Assembly: GCA_965243205.1 (NCBI GenBank)
Contig: CBDEUK010000002.1
Coordinates: 1,760,001-1,824,000, forward strand
Direction of reading: 5' to 3'
Source of the DNA: Gammaproteobacteria bacterium
GTDB taxonomy: Bacteria > Pseudomonadota > Gammaproteobacteria > Eutrophobiales > Eutrophobiaceae
DNA: 64,000 bases
Positions 33,317-44,301 of this stretch are shown here, one piece after another. The translations under genes were made by a program, and so were the position numbers. The notes beneath the pieces are model-generated. The model was not told the DNA's origin and made no database searches. It was given only the letters and a program-made list of their open reading frames with translations. Each line of letters starts with the position of its first letter. Position 1 is the stretch's first letter.

Positions 33317-34792
33317 TTATATTAAGCGTTTTCTTTCGTTTGATGGAGGGATCGACATTGCTTCTCGATATTTTGCGACTGTTCGTCTTGCAACTTTAAT
33401 TCCTTGTTCGGAAAGTAAGCCAGCAATTTTGCTATCACTTAATGGTTTGCTAGCTTCTTCTGCACTGATTAGCTTTTTAATTAAAGCCCTAATGGCTGTT
33501 GAAGAGGCAGCCCCTCCGTAATTTGTGCTGACATGGCTAGAGAAAAAATATTTTAATTCGAAAATTCCACGAGGTGTGTGCATATATTTTCGAGTTGTGA
33601 CTCGTGAAATGGTTGATTCATGCATACCAAGAATTTCAGCAATATCATGAAGCACTAAAGGCTTCATAGCTTCTTCACCATATTCAAGAAAGGCGCGTTG
33701 TCTTTCTACAATAGCTGTTGCGACTCTTAATAACGTTTCGCTACGACTTTGTAGGCTTTTAATAAACCAACGTGCTTCTTGTAAGTGCGTTTTTAAAGAG
33801 TTGTTATCAGCACTGTTATCAGATCGACGGATCATGCTGGCATAACTTGAGTTAATGCGTAATTGAGGTAAAGCTTCACCATTCAAATCAACTTTCCAAA
33901 CGCCTTTGACTTTTTTTACATAAACATCAGGTACAACATATTCAGTACGAGTTTCTTGTACCTGGCCACCTGGTCGAGGATTCATTGATTGAATTAACTC
34001 AACAACTTTTTGTAATTCTTCACGTTGCAATTTCATTTTTCTAAGCAGCGTATTGAAGTCGTGTGAACCAAGGGAGTCTAAATGATTTTTTACTAAATGG
34101 ATTGCCTCGGTTAGCCATTCAGTTTCTGGATCAAGTTGCGCCATTTGTAATAATAAGCATTCACGTAAATCTCTAGCTGCTACGCCAGTAGGATCCATAG
34201 CTTGGATTAAACGTAAAACGGCTTCTACTTCTTCGTTCTCTACTTCAGCTTCATCAGGTAAATCTAATGATTCTAGAATATCTTCATTTGTGCAGGTCAA
34301 ATAACCATCATCATCTAATGCATCAATGATAGCCACAGCAATGGCTTTATCGGTATCAGAAATGGGTGTTAAGTTTAATTGCCAAAGCAAGTGTTCTTGT
34401 ATCGATTTCTCTTGTGAATCTTGATTTTCAATTAAATTATAAGTTGAAGACTCAGCATTACTTTTATTGAAATTGGTTGAGCCGTCATAGATATCTTCCC
34501 AAGCACTATCAACGGGTAAGTCATCTGGGATATTGTCGGTGTCGCTCGAAGCTTCTTTTTCTTCTTTGGGTTTTAGTTCAGCATTCGCTTGTTCTTCAGG
34601 CGTTTCTTTATTGATCTTATGTTCAGCAGTGTAATCTTCAGAGACTTCTTCAAGCATCATATTCGATTCGAGTGCTTCTTGGACTTCTGCTTGCAACTCT
34701 AAACTCGAAAGCTGTAACAAGCGTATAGCTTGTTGAAGCTGAGGAGTCATGGTCAAGCTTTGACCCATTTTTATTTGTAATGATGTTTTCAT
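33317..34792 (-). CDS. rpoN: RNA polymerase sigma-54
   Basis: [23 protein letters not shown], RpoN box [10 protein letters not shown]. Confidence 0.99.
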   Translation of the reverse strand: MKTSLQIKMGQSLTMTPQLQQAIRLLQLSSLELQAEVQEALESNMMLEEVSEDYTAEHKINKETPEEQANAELKPKEEKEASSDTDNIPDDLPVDSAWEDIYDGSTNFNKSNAESSTYNLIENQDSQEKSIQEHLLWQLNLTPISDTDKAIAVAIIDALDDDGYLTCTNEDILESLDLPDEAEVENEEVEAVLRLIQAMDPTGVAARDLRECLLLQMAQLDPETEWLTEAIHLVKNHLDSLGSHDFNTLLRKMKLQREELQKVVELIQSMNPRPGGQVQETRTEYVVPDVYVKKVKGVWKVDLNGEALPQLRINSSYASMIRRSDNSADNNSLKTHLQEARWFIKSLQSRSETLLRVATAIVERQRAFLEYGEEAMKPLVLHDIAEILGMHESTISRVTTRKYMHTPRGIFELKYFFSSHVSTNYGGAASSTAIRALIKKLISAEEASKPLSDSKIAGLLSEQGIKVARRTVAKYREAMSIPPSNERKRLI

Positions 34793-34857
34793 AGGCTAAT
34801 TAGAACCTAGATATCCTTGTTATATATTGTTGTTATCTTATAGTTTAGTAAATTTTC

Positions 34858-35583
34858 TCAAAGACTGAACTCTTCGCCTAAATAAATTTTACGAACTTTG
34901 TCATTTGCCATAATTTCCTCAGGGGTTCCCTGAGCCAAAATCGCCCCTTCATTCACAATATATGCGCGATCACAGGTTCCAAGGGTTTCTCGAACGTTAT
35001 GATCGGTGATTAAAATGCCAATTCCGTGCCGGCTAAGATATTGTGTTATTCGCTGGATATCACTGATGGATATCGGGTCAATGCCTGCGAAGGGCTCGTC
35101 CAGTAGTAAAAATCTAGGTTCCGTTGCCAAAGCACGAGCGATTTCCAATCTTCTTCTTTCGCCACCAGAAAGGCTTGCACCTAGACTAGTTCTTATATGC
35201 GTTATATTGAACTCTCTGAGCAAGCTTTCCAAGCGTTTTCGTGCTTTTTCTTTTGTCAGTGTAGCTTGTAATTCTAGGATTGCCATGATGTTTTCTTCCA
35301 CTGTCATCTTTCGAAACACGGAAGAGTCTTGAGGTAAATAACCCAAACCCATTGCAGAACGTTGATCCATGGGTAATGGAGTTATTTCTACTTTGTTAAT
35401 GTGGATACTGCCACTATCGGGAGTTAATAAGCCCACAATCATATGAAAGCTAGTCGACTTCCCAGCACCGTTTGGCCCTAATAAGCCAACAATTTCACCG
35501 CTTTTTACGGATAGACTGATATCTTTAACCACTTTCCGTGAACGGAACTGTTTGGATAAATGGCGAACGGCCAGGACACTCAT
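34858..35583 (-). CDS. lptB: LPS export ABC ATPase LptB
   Basis: [41 protein letters not shown]. Confidence 0.96.
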   Translation of the reverse strand: MSVLAVRHLSKQFRSRKVVKDISLSVKSGEIVGLLGPNGAGKSTSFHMIVGLLTPDSGSIHINKVEITPLPMDQRSAMGLGYLPQDSSVFRKMTVEENIMAILELQATLTKEKARKRLESLLREFNITHIRTSLGASLSGGERRRLEIARALATEPRFLLLDEPFAGIDPISISDIQRITQYLSRHGIGILITDHNVRETLGTCDRAYIVNEGAILAQGTPEEIMANDKVRKIYLGEEFSL

Positions 35584-35603
35584 ACGATAACCGGGTTTTA
35601 TTA

Positions 35604-36164
35604 TTATTCAGCGTTTGGTTTTTTCTTTTGTTTTAAAATAATTTTCACTCGGCCACTATCACCTTTGTCTTTTTTGTCCTTATTCGCTTTTACGCGGCCT
35701 TTGCTAATAATTTTATTGGTTAGGGTATTGTATTCGATTTTATCACCCGTCATACGCGCGCCTTCTTGTTTCATCTCCGCTTTTTTGATCAAATACATTA
35801 AATTTTTTAAGGAATAATATTCGATACGCAAGGCTTCGGCTTCGTCTTTGATTTTGCTGTTATCAGGCATTTGTTCAAAGTGAGCAGGTTTACCAATGAC
35901 AATCATCGTATCCATATCACCCGCTTCGGTATAAGTAACGGTAAGTTCATCACCCATAACTTTCATTGAGCCTTGGGTAACGATGACATCGCCTCTATAA
36001 ATAGTGAGGCCTTTTTCATCGTCCAATTCAGCATAATCGGCTTCAACTTCTATCGGTTGGTTTTGATCACTCGATAAGGCTAAAGAGTTGTGTGAACAAG
36101 CAATGAAGCCAAGAGATAAAAAAACATAAAAACTATTTTTTAGGATTAATTCTGCCTTTAACAT
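35604..36164 (-). CDS. lptA: LPS transport periplasmic protein LptA
   Basis: [38 protein letters not shown]. Confidence 0.92.
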   Translation of the reverse strand: MLKAELILKNSFYVFLSLGFIACSHNSLALSSDQNQPIEVEADYAELDDEKGLTIYRGDVIVTQGSMKVMGDELTVTYTEAGDMDTMIVIGKPAHFEQMPDNSKIKDEAEALRIEYYSLKNLMYLIKKAEMKQEGARMTGDKIEYNTLTNKIISKGRVKANKDKKDKGDSGRVKIILKQKKKPNAE

Positions 36165-36702
36165 TATTCAGTAACTCTATTTTATTTTCATTCAAGTACG
36201 CTCTAATGCCTACACCTTCCATACGTGTTCTGCGACCTATAATAGTGGCATGTTCATCGGTTTCGATGAAATCTTCGTTGACCAGAATTCTTACTTCACT
36301 GGTATCCACTTGTAGTTGCAAAAATCCCTTAGGATCTTCCTGTCGTAGCTGTACTTTACCAGATAACAGTATTACTTCATTGTTCGCGGTAATCCAGCCT
36401 TTTTCAGACGTTATGATGGTTGGAGGCTTATCAACATTAAACAGTTCCAGTTTGGGCTGAATAAGCTCGGTGGAGTCATCATCGGGGTAGTGTGCCATGA
36501 ACGAGGCATACAATTTATTTTTTGGAGTGCCATCCAAGTTCATGGTTAAAGTCGAAAAATTTTCCAGATAGTAGTCTGGTGTATGATCTTTACGAATGTG
36601 TGTTTTGTCGGAATCGCTGATTTGACTGCCTAGCCAATACGATAATGCGGCGGTGAGAATAGCCAGTACTAAAGCGCCCAGCAAAAATTTCATACGATTC
36701 AT
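36133..36702 (-). CDS. lptC: LPS export protein LptC
   Basis: N-terminal TM, PDYYLENF, HYPDDD; upstream of lptA. Confidence 0.9.
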   Translation of the reverse strand: MNRMKFLLGALVLAILTAALSYWLGSQISDSDKTHIRKDHTPDYYLENFSTLTMNLDGTPKNKLYASFMAHYPDDDSTELIQPKLELFNVDKPPTIITSEKGWITANNEVILLSGKVQLRQEDPKGFLQLQVDTSEVRILVNEDFIETDEHATIIGRRTRMEGVGIRAYLNENKIELLNNVKGRINPKK

Positions 36703-36757
36703 AGGACAGCAATTCTAAAGGATATATCAGGAAAGGACAGAGCCGAAAATTTGTTAT

Positions 36758-36787
36758 AAAAAAAGCCAAACATTGGTTTGGCTTTTT
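36758..36787 (-). terminator. intrinsic terminator after rpoH
   Basis: AAAAAGCCAAAC-ATTG-GTTTGGCTTTTT hairpin with U-tract on the minus strand. Confidence 0.8.
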
Positions 36788-36804
36788 AAACGTTAAGTTA
36801 GGAG

Positions 36805-37662
36805 TTAACTAGTCGGAGCCATCAAGCCTTTGATCTTAGAAAAAGCCATTTTTTCAACTTGGCGAACACGTTCTGCTGAGATGTCGTATTTATCAGCCAA
36901 ATCATTCAATGTGGCTTTTTTCTCATTGAGCCAGCGTTGTTGAATAATATCTTTAGAACGATCATCCAAGGTCATTAAGGCATTACTTAAGGCGTTTTGT
37001 GTGTGATTTTCTAACTGTGAAGCTTCCAAAGTCTGCTCAGGGTTGGCTTCATCATTTTCCAGATATTGCTCTGGTAAATACACATTATCGTCTTCATCGC
37101 TGGCAGGATTCAGGTCAAACGCCATATCGTTAGCACTCATGCGCATTTCCATCTCTTTTACGTCTTTGCTGGAAACACCTAAGTCTTTTGCTACGGCATC
37201 AACTTCTTCTTGGTTTAGCCAACCAAGACGTTTTTTTGAAGAACGTAGATTAAAGAATAATTTACGTTGCGCCTTAGTAGTGGCAACTTTGACGATACGC
37301 CAGTTTTTAAGGATGTATTCGTGCATTTCAGCACGGATCCAATGTACAGCGAAGGAAACTAGCCGTACTCCAACAGTCGGGTCAAAGCGTTTTACGGCTT
37401 TCATCAGCCCGATATTACCTTCTTGGATTAAATCAGCCTGCGGTAAACCATAACCAGAGTAGCCACGTGCGACGCGTACCACGAAGCGTAAATGTGACAT
37501 AACCAAACGACGAGCAGCTTCTAAATCATTGTTTTTCTGAAGTTTTTCGGCCAGATCGTACTCTTCCTCTTGCGTTAGCATAGGAATATGGTTCACGCTG
37601 CTGATATAGGTATCCAGTGAACCCGTCGGCAGAGCCAAAGTCATGTTGGTTAAATTCGTCAT
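36805..37662 (-). CDS. rpoH: RNA polymerase sigma-32 (start uncertain: ATG 37662 or 37644)
   Basis: RpoH box [31 protein letters not shown]; follows ftsX. Confidence 0.97.
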   Translation of the reverse strand: MTNLTNMTLALPTGSLDTYISSVNHIPMLTQEEEYDLAEKLQKNNDLEAARRLVMSHLRFVVRVARGYSGYGLPQADLIQEGNIGLMKAVKRFDPTVGVRLVSFAVHWIRAEMHEYILKNWRIVKVATTKAQRKLFFNLRSSKKRLGWLNQEEVDAVAKDLGVSSKDVKEMEMRMSANDMAFDLNPASDEDDNVYLPEQYLENDEANPEQTLEASQLENHTQNALSNALMTLDDRSKDIIQQRWLNEKKATLNDLADKYDISAERVRQVEKMAFSKIKGLMAPTS

Positions 37663-37710
37663 AAAAGCGGTATTTCTCCCAAAATAGATAAACAAACTAT
37701 AGTGCTATTT

Positions 37711-37737
37711 TTAGCACTCTGCAAATAAGAGTGCTAA
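37711..37737. promoter_or_regulatory. CIRCE element (HrcA operator)
   Basis: Perfect TTAGCACTC-N9-GAGTGCTAA upstream of rpoH. Confidence 0.95.
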
Positions 37738-37753
37738 TTAGGAAAGAAGTTCC
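37726..37753 (-). promoter_or_regulatory. sigmaE-type promoter of rpoH
   Basis: GGAACTT-16 nt-TCTTA on the minus strand, same geometry as E. coli rpoH P3 (GAACTT-16-TCTGA). Confidence 0.65.
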
Positions 37754-37759
37754 AATGAT

Positions 37760-38725
37760 TTACTGAGGTTCTATCTGCCTGATATGTTGTTCCACGGAGA
37801 TCCATGAACCGAATAGTCCTAAGAAGCTGCCGATTAGGATAAGTGAGGCAATTTCTAGAATGTTTAGGTATGCAATATCAATGGTATCGCTGTATAGACC
37901 AGCAAGATGGTTGATAGAAGGCATCAATAGGATTAAAGAGACACCTACAAATACAACAGCTATAACGCTGCCAATAAAACCATACCAAAAGCCCGCATAC
38001 AAAAACGGTCGTTGAATAAAACCATTGGTGCCACCGAATAGTTTTATAATTTCGATTTCTTGGCGTTTATTATTGATGTTTAAGCGTATGGTATTGCCAA
38101 CAATCAGTAATACACCAACGGCAAGTAAGGCTGAAATGATATAAACACCTTTACGAATAATTTCGACGATCTGTTGTAAACGTAGTAACCATTGGCGATC
38201 CAATACAACAGTATCGATCATTTCATTAGTTTCGAGTTCTTTGATAAAAGAATCTAATGAGTCGATAGATTTAGATTCATTATCAATATCGATAAGTAAT
38301 ACTGCAGGTAATGGGTTTTCTTCTAACATGTCTAAGGCATTCGAAAAACCGGACAAGCTTTTGTATTCTTCTAGTGCGTCTTGCTCAGACATATAAATAA
38401 TGTCGTTTACTAGTTTTAATGTTTTTAGTTCGTCGATCAGTTCGTCTTTAATTGTTTGATCAATGTTTGGTTTTAAAAATGCACTAACTTCAATGGATGC
38501 ATCCCAATTTTGAGTTAAACGTTCTGCGTTATGTAGCAGCACATAAAAACCTGTTGGTAACGTTAAGGCAATACCAATCACAGAACATGTTAATAAAGTA
38601 TTAAACGGCTTTTTCCATAACTGGCCTAAACTGAACACCAACGATTGTATGTGTTGTAATAAATATCCAACCAAGCCTGGCTTTTTATTTTTAATGTCTG
38701 GTGGGCTAGTTATTTGTTCAGACAT
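37760..38725 (-). CDS. ftsX: cell division permease FtsX
   Basis: VIGIALTLP, ENPLP, IVGNTIRL, GGTNGFIQRPFLY; start trimmed to the ATG overlapping the ftsE stop. Confidence 0.95.
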   Translation of the reverse strand: MSEQITSPPDIKNKKPGLVGYLLQHIQSLVFSLGQLWKKPFNTLLTCSVIGIALTLPTGFYVLLHNAERLTQNWDASIEVSAFLKPNIDQTIKDELIDELKTLKLVNDIIYMSEQDALEEYKSLSGFSNALDMLEENPLPAVLLIDIDNESKSIDSLDSFIKELETNEMIDTVVLDRQWLLRLQQIVEIIRKGVYIISALLAVGVLLIVGNTIRLNINNKRQEIEIIKLFGGTNGFIQRPFLYAGFWYGFIGSVIAVVFVGVSLILLMPSINHLAGLYSDTIDIAYLNILEIASLILIGSFLGLFGSWISVEQHIRQIEPQ

Positions 38726-39401
38726 CAGCATACTCTTCGGTTGCATGGCCAGGCAGGATGCGCCCATCACGCAGAATGACAATATGTTTATTCATTTTTC
38801 GCAACATATCCATATCATGACTTGCGACTAATACCGTTACACCCACTTGATTGAATTGTTCAAACAATTTCATAATTTCTAAAGATAAACCTGGGTCTAA
38901 ATTTCCTGTTGGTTCATCAGCTAACAAAATAGTCGGTCGATGCACTACTGCTCTTGCAATACCGACACGTTGTTGTTCACCGCTGGATAGAGTGATAGGT
39001 AACGATCGTTGTTTATTTAATAAACCGACTTTGTCTAATGCTGCTTGAACGCGTTTGCGAATTTCTAAATGTGAAAAGCCACTAACGATGAGTGGCAAGG
39101 AGACATTATCAAAAACGGTTCGGTCATTTAGTAAACGATGGTCTTGAAAGGTATAGCCAATGTTGCGACGGAATAATGCAATATTACTTCCACGGATCTT
39201 ATCGAGGTTTTGGCCGTTTACAATGATCTGTCCATGACTGCTGCGATCGATCAAACCTATGAGCCTAAGTAAGGTTGATTTACCCGCGCCTGAACGCCCA
39301 GCAATAAACGCCATTGCGCCTTGTTCAACGAACAAGTTAACGTTGTGTAAGGCTTCATGTCCGCCTGGATAGCTCATGAAGACATCACTGAATTGAATCA
39401 T
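38718..39401 (-). CDS. ftsE: cell division ATPase FtsE
   Basis: GRSGAGKS, FQDHRLL, GEQQRVGIARA, ADEPTGNLD. Confidence 0.96.
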   Translation of the reverse strand: MIQFSDVFMSYPGGHEALHNVNLFVEQGAMAFIAGRSGAGKSTLLRLIGLIDRSSHGQIIVNGQNLDKIRGSNIALFRRNIGYTFQDHRLLNDRTVFDNVSLPLIVSGFSHLEIRKRVQAALDKVGLLNKQRSLPITLSSGEQQRVGIARAVVHRPTILLADEPTGNLDPGLSLEIMKLFEQFNQVGVTVLVASHDMDMLRKMNKHIVILRDGRILPGHATEEYADV

Positions 39402-40384
39402 TGATCAAAACTCATTAACGCATCGACAAATGATGCAGGTTCAAAAACTCTTAAATCATCAACGCCTTCACCAACACCGATAAAGCGAATCGGTATTTTT
39501 AATTCATTAGCCAAAGCGAATATTACTCCGCCTTTAGCAGTGCCATCGAGCTTGGTTAACACAATACCATCGATACCAATATCATTATGAAATTGACGAG
39601 CTTGGATTAACGCGTTTTGCCCAGTAGTTGAATCTAATACCAATAAAACTTCTGGTGTTAAATCTGCATTAAATTTATTGATTACACGACGGACTTTTTT
39701 CAGTTCTTCCATCAAGTTATCTTTGTTGTGTAAGCGACCAGCTGTATCAGCGATTAAGACATCAATATTTTTTGCATTAGCAGACTCTAAAGCATCAAAT
39801 AGTACGGCTGCGGAATCAGAACCATGGGTTTGTGCGACCACGGATACATCATTGCGATCGCCCCATACTTTGAGTTGTTCTACGGCAGCTGCGCGAAAGG
39901 TATCCCCTGCTGCCAGCATTACTGATTTGCCATCGTTTTGAATTCTTTTGGCTAATTTGCCAATCGTTGTTGTTTTACCGACCCCATTGACACCGATCAT
40001 CATAACGATCGCAGGTTTTTGATCGTTAGGAAGTTGTAGCGGTGCATAAACGGGTTCTAGTAGAGATTTCAAAATCGATTTGAGCTCTGAAAACAGTTCG
40101 TCCCCAGTAGCAATGCGTTTTTGCTTTACAGTTTTGCGTAAGGTTTCCATGATTGTTGCAGTGGTTTCCATGCCTACGTCCGCCATAATTAAATTATCTT
40201 CCATTTCATCCAGTTCAACATCCGAGATAGTTTTGCTGCGACTGAATAAATCGGTGATGCTGGAGAATAAACCACCTCGGGTTTTCTTTAAGCCTTCATC
40301 AAGTGATTTGGTAGAACTACTGTCGTTCTGATCAGTATTGGTTTGTGCGGTTTCAGTTTTATTTTTTTTCTTGAATCCAAACAT
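39398..40384 (-). CDS. ftsY: SRP receptor FtsY
   Basis: GVNGVGKTTTIGKL, DTFRAAA, DTAGR, TKLDGTAKGG. Confidence 0.98.
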   Translation of the reverse strand: MFGFKKKNKTETAQTNTDQNDSSSTKSLDEGLKKTRGGLFSSITDLFSRSKTISDVELDEMEDNLIMADVGMETTATIMETLRKTVKQKRIATGDELFSELKSILKSLLEPVYAPLQLPNDQKPAIVMMIGVNGVGKTTTIGKLAKRIQNDGKSVMLAAGDTFRAAAVEQLKVWGDRNDVSVVAQTHGSDSAAVLFDALESANAKNIDVLIADTAGRLHNKDNLMEELKKVRRVINKFNADLTPEVLLVLDSTTGQNALIQARQFHNDIGIDGIVLTKLDGTAKGGVIFALANELKIPIRFIGVGEGVDDLRVFEPASFVDALMSFDQ

Positions 40385-40553
40385 CGTTTGTATAAAGCTA
40401 ATTAGGTTTGATGTATTGTAACGTTGTTGTAATCGGAACTACTAACGATTGCTGAGTCTAAAGTTCCTAACATGACGCATCATGCATAAAAGTATATGTC
40501 CTGATCATAATCGACTAACCATTAAAACACTATCAGCTTGTTTGGAGGATTTT

Positions 40554-41942
40554 GTGAAAAAAGCGTTATTGATTGTATTTTGCTCGATGTTATTCTCGAG
40601 CCTAGTCCAAGCGAATAATCCCACATCCGAATTCATTTTAGAAAATGGCCTAAAACTTATTGTTAAAGAAGACCGCAGAGCACCAGTAGTGGTTTCTCAA
40701 GTTTGGTATAAAGTTGGCGCCAGTTATGAACCTAGTGGACTGACCGGTATTTCTCATGCTTTGGAACATATGATGTTCAAAGGCACAGAAAAATACCCGA
40801 ATGGTGAGTTTTCCAGAATCATCTCAGAAAATGGTGGTCGCGATAATGCGTTTACAGGTGCCGATTACACCGCATATTTCCAAACACTTGAGAAATCCCG
40901 TCTACCTATTAGCTTTGAACTTGAGGCTGATCGCATGCGTAATCTATTGTTCGATGAAGCAGAGTTTCTAAAAGAAATCGAAGTGGTAAAAGAAGAACGA
41001 CGTTGGCGAACAGAAGATAAACCAACTTCGTTTTTATACGAAACAGCCAAAGCGACGGCTTTTCAAACCAGTCCTTATCATAATCCTATTGTAGGTTGGA
41101 TGAGCGATTTAGATGCCATGACCATTGAAGACATCGAAGCATGGTATCGAAAATGGTATGCACCGAATAATGCGATTGTGGTTGTAGTCGGCGACGTCGA
41201 TACCCAAGAAGTCTTAGGGTTAGCAAAAAAGTATTTTGAACCGTTAAAACCTGAAACGATAACCCCCCCAAAAGATATACCTGAAGTTCCTCAATTAGGT
41301 ATGAAACGCGTTAATGTAAAACGTCCAGCAGAACTACCCAGTTTACTATTAATGTATAAGACCCCTGTTTACGCTAATACCTTAATAAAAAATAGCGACG
41401 TTGCAGAAAAAGATATCTACGCCTTAGAAGTTTTAGCTGGTATTTTGGATGGCGGCAACAGTGCCCGCTTTTCATCAAACTTAGTTAGAGGACAAGAAAT
41501 TGCTGCATCAGTTGGTGCTTATTATGGAATGGCTAGTCGTTTAGACGATGTGTTTACAATCAGTGGTACGCCTGTGCAAGATAAAGATGTGATTCAATTA
41601 GAAACTGCAATTAAAGCGGAGTTAGAAAAACTTAAAACGGAACTTGTTACTCAAGAAGAATTGGATCGTGTAAAGGCACAAGTTGTTTCATCAGAAGTGT
41701 ATGAGAGAGATTCTGTATTTGGGCAAGCAATGGTATTAGGTTTATTAGAGACGGTTGGTTTGGATTGGAAACTTACAGATGAGTATGTTCAAAAGATTCA
41801 AGCAGTCACCGCAGAGGATATTATGGTAGTCGCAAAAAAATATTTTATCGACGATGTTCTAACCGTTGCGACACTCGATCCGCAACCGATCGATCCTAAT
41901 TCAAGAAAAGCTCGCCCTAGAGGATTACGTCATGCCCAATAG
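40554..41942 (+). CDS. M16B zinc peptidase, catalytic subunit
   Basis: HxxEH (HALEH), NAFT; signal peptide; GTG start after GGAGG. Confidence 0.9.
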   Translation: MKKALLIVFCSMLFSSLVQANNPTSEFILENGLKLIVKEDRRAPVVVSQVWYKVGASYEPSGLTGISHALEHMMFKGTEKYPNGEFSRIISENGGRDNAFTGADYTAYFQTLEKSRLPISFELEADRMRNLLFDEAEFLKEIEVVKEERRWRTEDKPTSFLYETAKATAFQTSPYHNPIVGWMSDLDAMTIEDIEAWYRKWYAPNNAIVVVVGDVDTQEVLGLAKKYFEPLKPETITPPKDIPEVPQLGMKRVNVKRPAELPSLLLMYKTPVYANTLIKNSDVAEKDIYALEVLAGILDGGNSARFSSNLVRGQEIAASVGAYYGMASRLDDVFTISGTPVQDKDVIQLETAIKAELEKLKTELVTQEELDRVKAQVVSSEVYERDSVFGQAMVLGLLETVGLDWKLTDEYVQKIQAVTAEDIMVVAKKYFIDDVLTVATLDPQPIDPNSRKARPRGLRHAQ

Positions 41943-43260
41943 TTTTTTTGTATTTTTGTTTTTGACCTTTGCGCAAATTAACTTTGCGAAAGCAAATGTC
42001 GAAATCCAAACGTGGAAAACCGACAATGGTAGCAAAGTCTTATTTGTAGAAAGTCATCAATTACCGATGATGGATTTACAAATTATATTTGATGCAGGTT
42101 CAGCAAGAGATGGCAATAAAGCTGGCACAGCTTTAATGACAAATGCTTTGTTGGCTGAAGGAGCTGCTGGTAAGAATGTTGATGACATCAGCAAAGCTTT
42201 CGAATCTTTAGGTGCACAGTATAGTAGTGATGCTGGTTATGATTCTGCTTCGGTTGGTCTACGCAGTTTGTCGGATAAAGAAAAGCTAACTTCTGCTCTC
42301 AATACCTTGATCGATGTAATGAGTAAGCCTGAGTTTCCAGAAGTATCTTTTGAACGTGAACGTAAAAGAGCGTTAATCGGTATTCAAAGTAAAAAACAAT
42401 CACCACAAGCTTTGGCCAGTGAGGCTTTTTATGCAGCACTCTACGGTGATCATCCTTATGCAAAACCAAATGAAGGTACAGAAGAATCTATTAATACTCT
42501 TAGCATTGATGACTTAAAAAGCTTTCATAAAAAACATTATGTTGCTAAGAATGCGGTCATTGCTATGGTTGGTGACCTCACTCGACAACAAGCCGAGACC
42601 ATAGCAAATCAATTATCCAATTCGATTCCTGCGGGTGAAGCGATGCCTGCCATTCCTGAAGTTAATGCTTTAGATGCTGCGAAGACAGAATTTATTGAAC
42701 ATCCATCGGGTCAAATGCATTTGTTAGTTGGTCAGCCAGGAGTAAAGCGTGGTGATCCAGATTACTTTACATTATATGTTGGTAATCATGTATTAGGTGG
42801 GGGCGGCATGGTGTCACGTTTATTTAAAGATATTCGTGAGAAACGTGGTTTAACCTACAGTGTCTATAGTTACTTTAGCCCGATGCGAGAAGCAGGGCCT
42901 TTCATAGCTGGTTTGCCAACACGTGCGGACCAAGCTGACGAAGCATTAAAGTATCTATACGAAAACATTCAGCGTTATATTGATGATGGACCTACGGAAG
43001 AAGAATTAATTGCCAGTAAGAAAAATATTACTGGAGGTTTTCCTTTGCGTATTGATAGTAATGGAAAAATCTTAGGCTATATTTCAGTGATAGGTTTTTA
43101 TGATCTACCGTTAGATTATCTCAGTACCTTTAATCAAAATATTGAAGCAGTTACTGTTGAACAAATCAAAGATGCATTTAAACGGCGTTTACATCCAGAT
43201 AAATTTGTCACGATTAAAGTAGGCCCAAAAACGAGTTCTGAAACGGAGAGCGATAGTTAA
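41932..43260 (+). CDS. M16B peptidase, non-catalytic subunit
   Basis: No HxxEH; GGGGMVSRLF..IREKRGLTY; signal peptide; overlaps the upstream gene. Confidence 0.88.
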   Translation: MPNSFFVFLFLTFAQINFAKANVEIQTWKTDNGSKVLFVESHQLPMMDLQIIFDAGSARDGNKAGTALMTNALLAEGAAGKNVDDISKAFESLGAQYSSDAGYDSASVGLRSLSDKEKLTSALNTLIDVMSKPEFPEVSFERERKRALIGIQSKKQSPQALASEAFYAALYGDHPYAKPNEGTEESINTLSIDDLKSFHKKHYVAKNAVIAMVGDLTRQQAETIANQLSNSIPAGEAMPAIPEVNALDAAKTEFIEHPSGQMHLLVGQPGVKRGDPDYFTLYVGNHVLGGGGMVSRLFKDIREKRGLTYSVYSYFSPMREAGPFIAGLPTRADQADEALKYLYENIQRYIDDGPTEEELIASKKNITGGFPLRIDSNGKILGYISVIGFYDLPLDYLSTFNQNIEAVTVEQIKDAFKRRLHPDKFVTIKVGPKTSSETESDS

Positions 43261-43816
43261 AACATCAACGCCAGGCAAGGTAAGATTAATTGCTGGTGAA
43301 TGGCGTGGTCGAAATTTAGCGGTAGCTGATAAACCTGGGCTTAGGCCAACTTCGAATAGAGTAAGAGAAACTGTTTTTAATTGGTTAATGCCGTTGATTT
43401 CTGGTGCTAAGGTTTTGGATCTATTTGCGGGCACTGGAGCATTGGGATTTGAAGCGGCATCTCGGGGGGCCGAACATGTTCGTTTGGTTGAGCAAGACCA
43501 AGAACTGGTTGCATTGTTAGAACAGAATCAACAAACACTTGCTGCAGAAGCTTTAAGTGTTATTCATACAGATGCATTGCTGTATTTGTCACAATCGAAC
43601 GATGTTTATGATCTGATATTTCTTGACCCACCATTTGAGCAAGGGCTGATTAGTCGCGCTTGTGACGCAATTAAGCAACATCATCTATTAAGTTCAAATG
43701 GTTACCTATATATAGAATCTGAAAAAACACTTTCTTTGCCAGATTATTTAGTTGTGCATAAACAAAAAACAACAGGTCAGGTACAATACGGACTGTATAC
43801 TTTGAACGATGAATGA
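43253..43816 (+). CDS. rsmD: 16S rRNA m2G966 methyltransferase RsmD (probable ATA start)
   Basis: Conserved [30 protein letters not shown] lies in frame upstream of the track ATG (43388); [14 protein letters not shown]. Confidence 0.93.
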   Translation: MVKTSTPGKVRLIAGEWRGRNLAVADKPGLRPTSNRVRETVFNWLMPLISGAKVLDLFAGTGALGFEAASRGAEHVRLVEQDQELVALLEQNQQTLAAEALSVIHTDALLYLSQSNDVYDLIFLDPPFEQGLISRACDAIKQHHLLSSNGYLYIESEKTLSLPDYLVVHKQKTTGQVQYGLYTLNDE

Positions 43817-44295
43817 TTATGCCAATTACTGCTTTATATCCAGGAACATTTGATCCCATTACCAATGGTCACGCCGATGTGATTGAACGAGCTGCGAGTT
43901 TGTTCGAAAAGGTAGTTGTAGCAGTTGTTGATCACCGTAACACATCTAAAAATACACGGTTTACAACGGATCGGCGTGTTGAACTAGCAGAAGTCGTTTT
44001 GCAAGATCTACACAATGTTTCGGTGTGTTCTTTCGATGGATTGGCAGTCGATAAAGCAAAAGAGATCAATGCTAAAGTGATCATTCGTGGATTACGTGCA
44101 GTTTCTGATTTTGATTATGAATTTCAAATGGCCGCTATGAACCGACGCTTAGATAAGGATGCAGAAACAGTCTTTTTAACGCCAGCTGAACATCTAACAT
44201 TTTTATCATCCAGCTTAGTGCGTCAAGTTTCTTCGTTAGGCGGAGATGTCAGTCAATTTGTACATCCAGAAGTTCTTAAAGCGTTGTCAGAATAA
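43813..44295 (+). CDS. coaD: phosphopantetheine adenylyltransferase
   Basis: [30 protein letters not shown]. Confidence 0.98.
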   Translation: MIMPITALYPGTFDPITNGHADVIERAASLFEKVVVAVVDHRNTSKNTRFTTDRRVELAEVVLQDLHNVSVCSFDGLAVDKAKEINAKVIIRGLRAVSDFDYEFQMAAMNRRLDKDAETVFLTPAEHLTFLSSSLVRQVSSLGGDVSQFVHPEVLKALSE

Positions 44296-44301
44296 TTAGA
44301 T

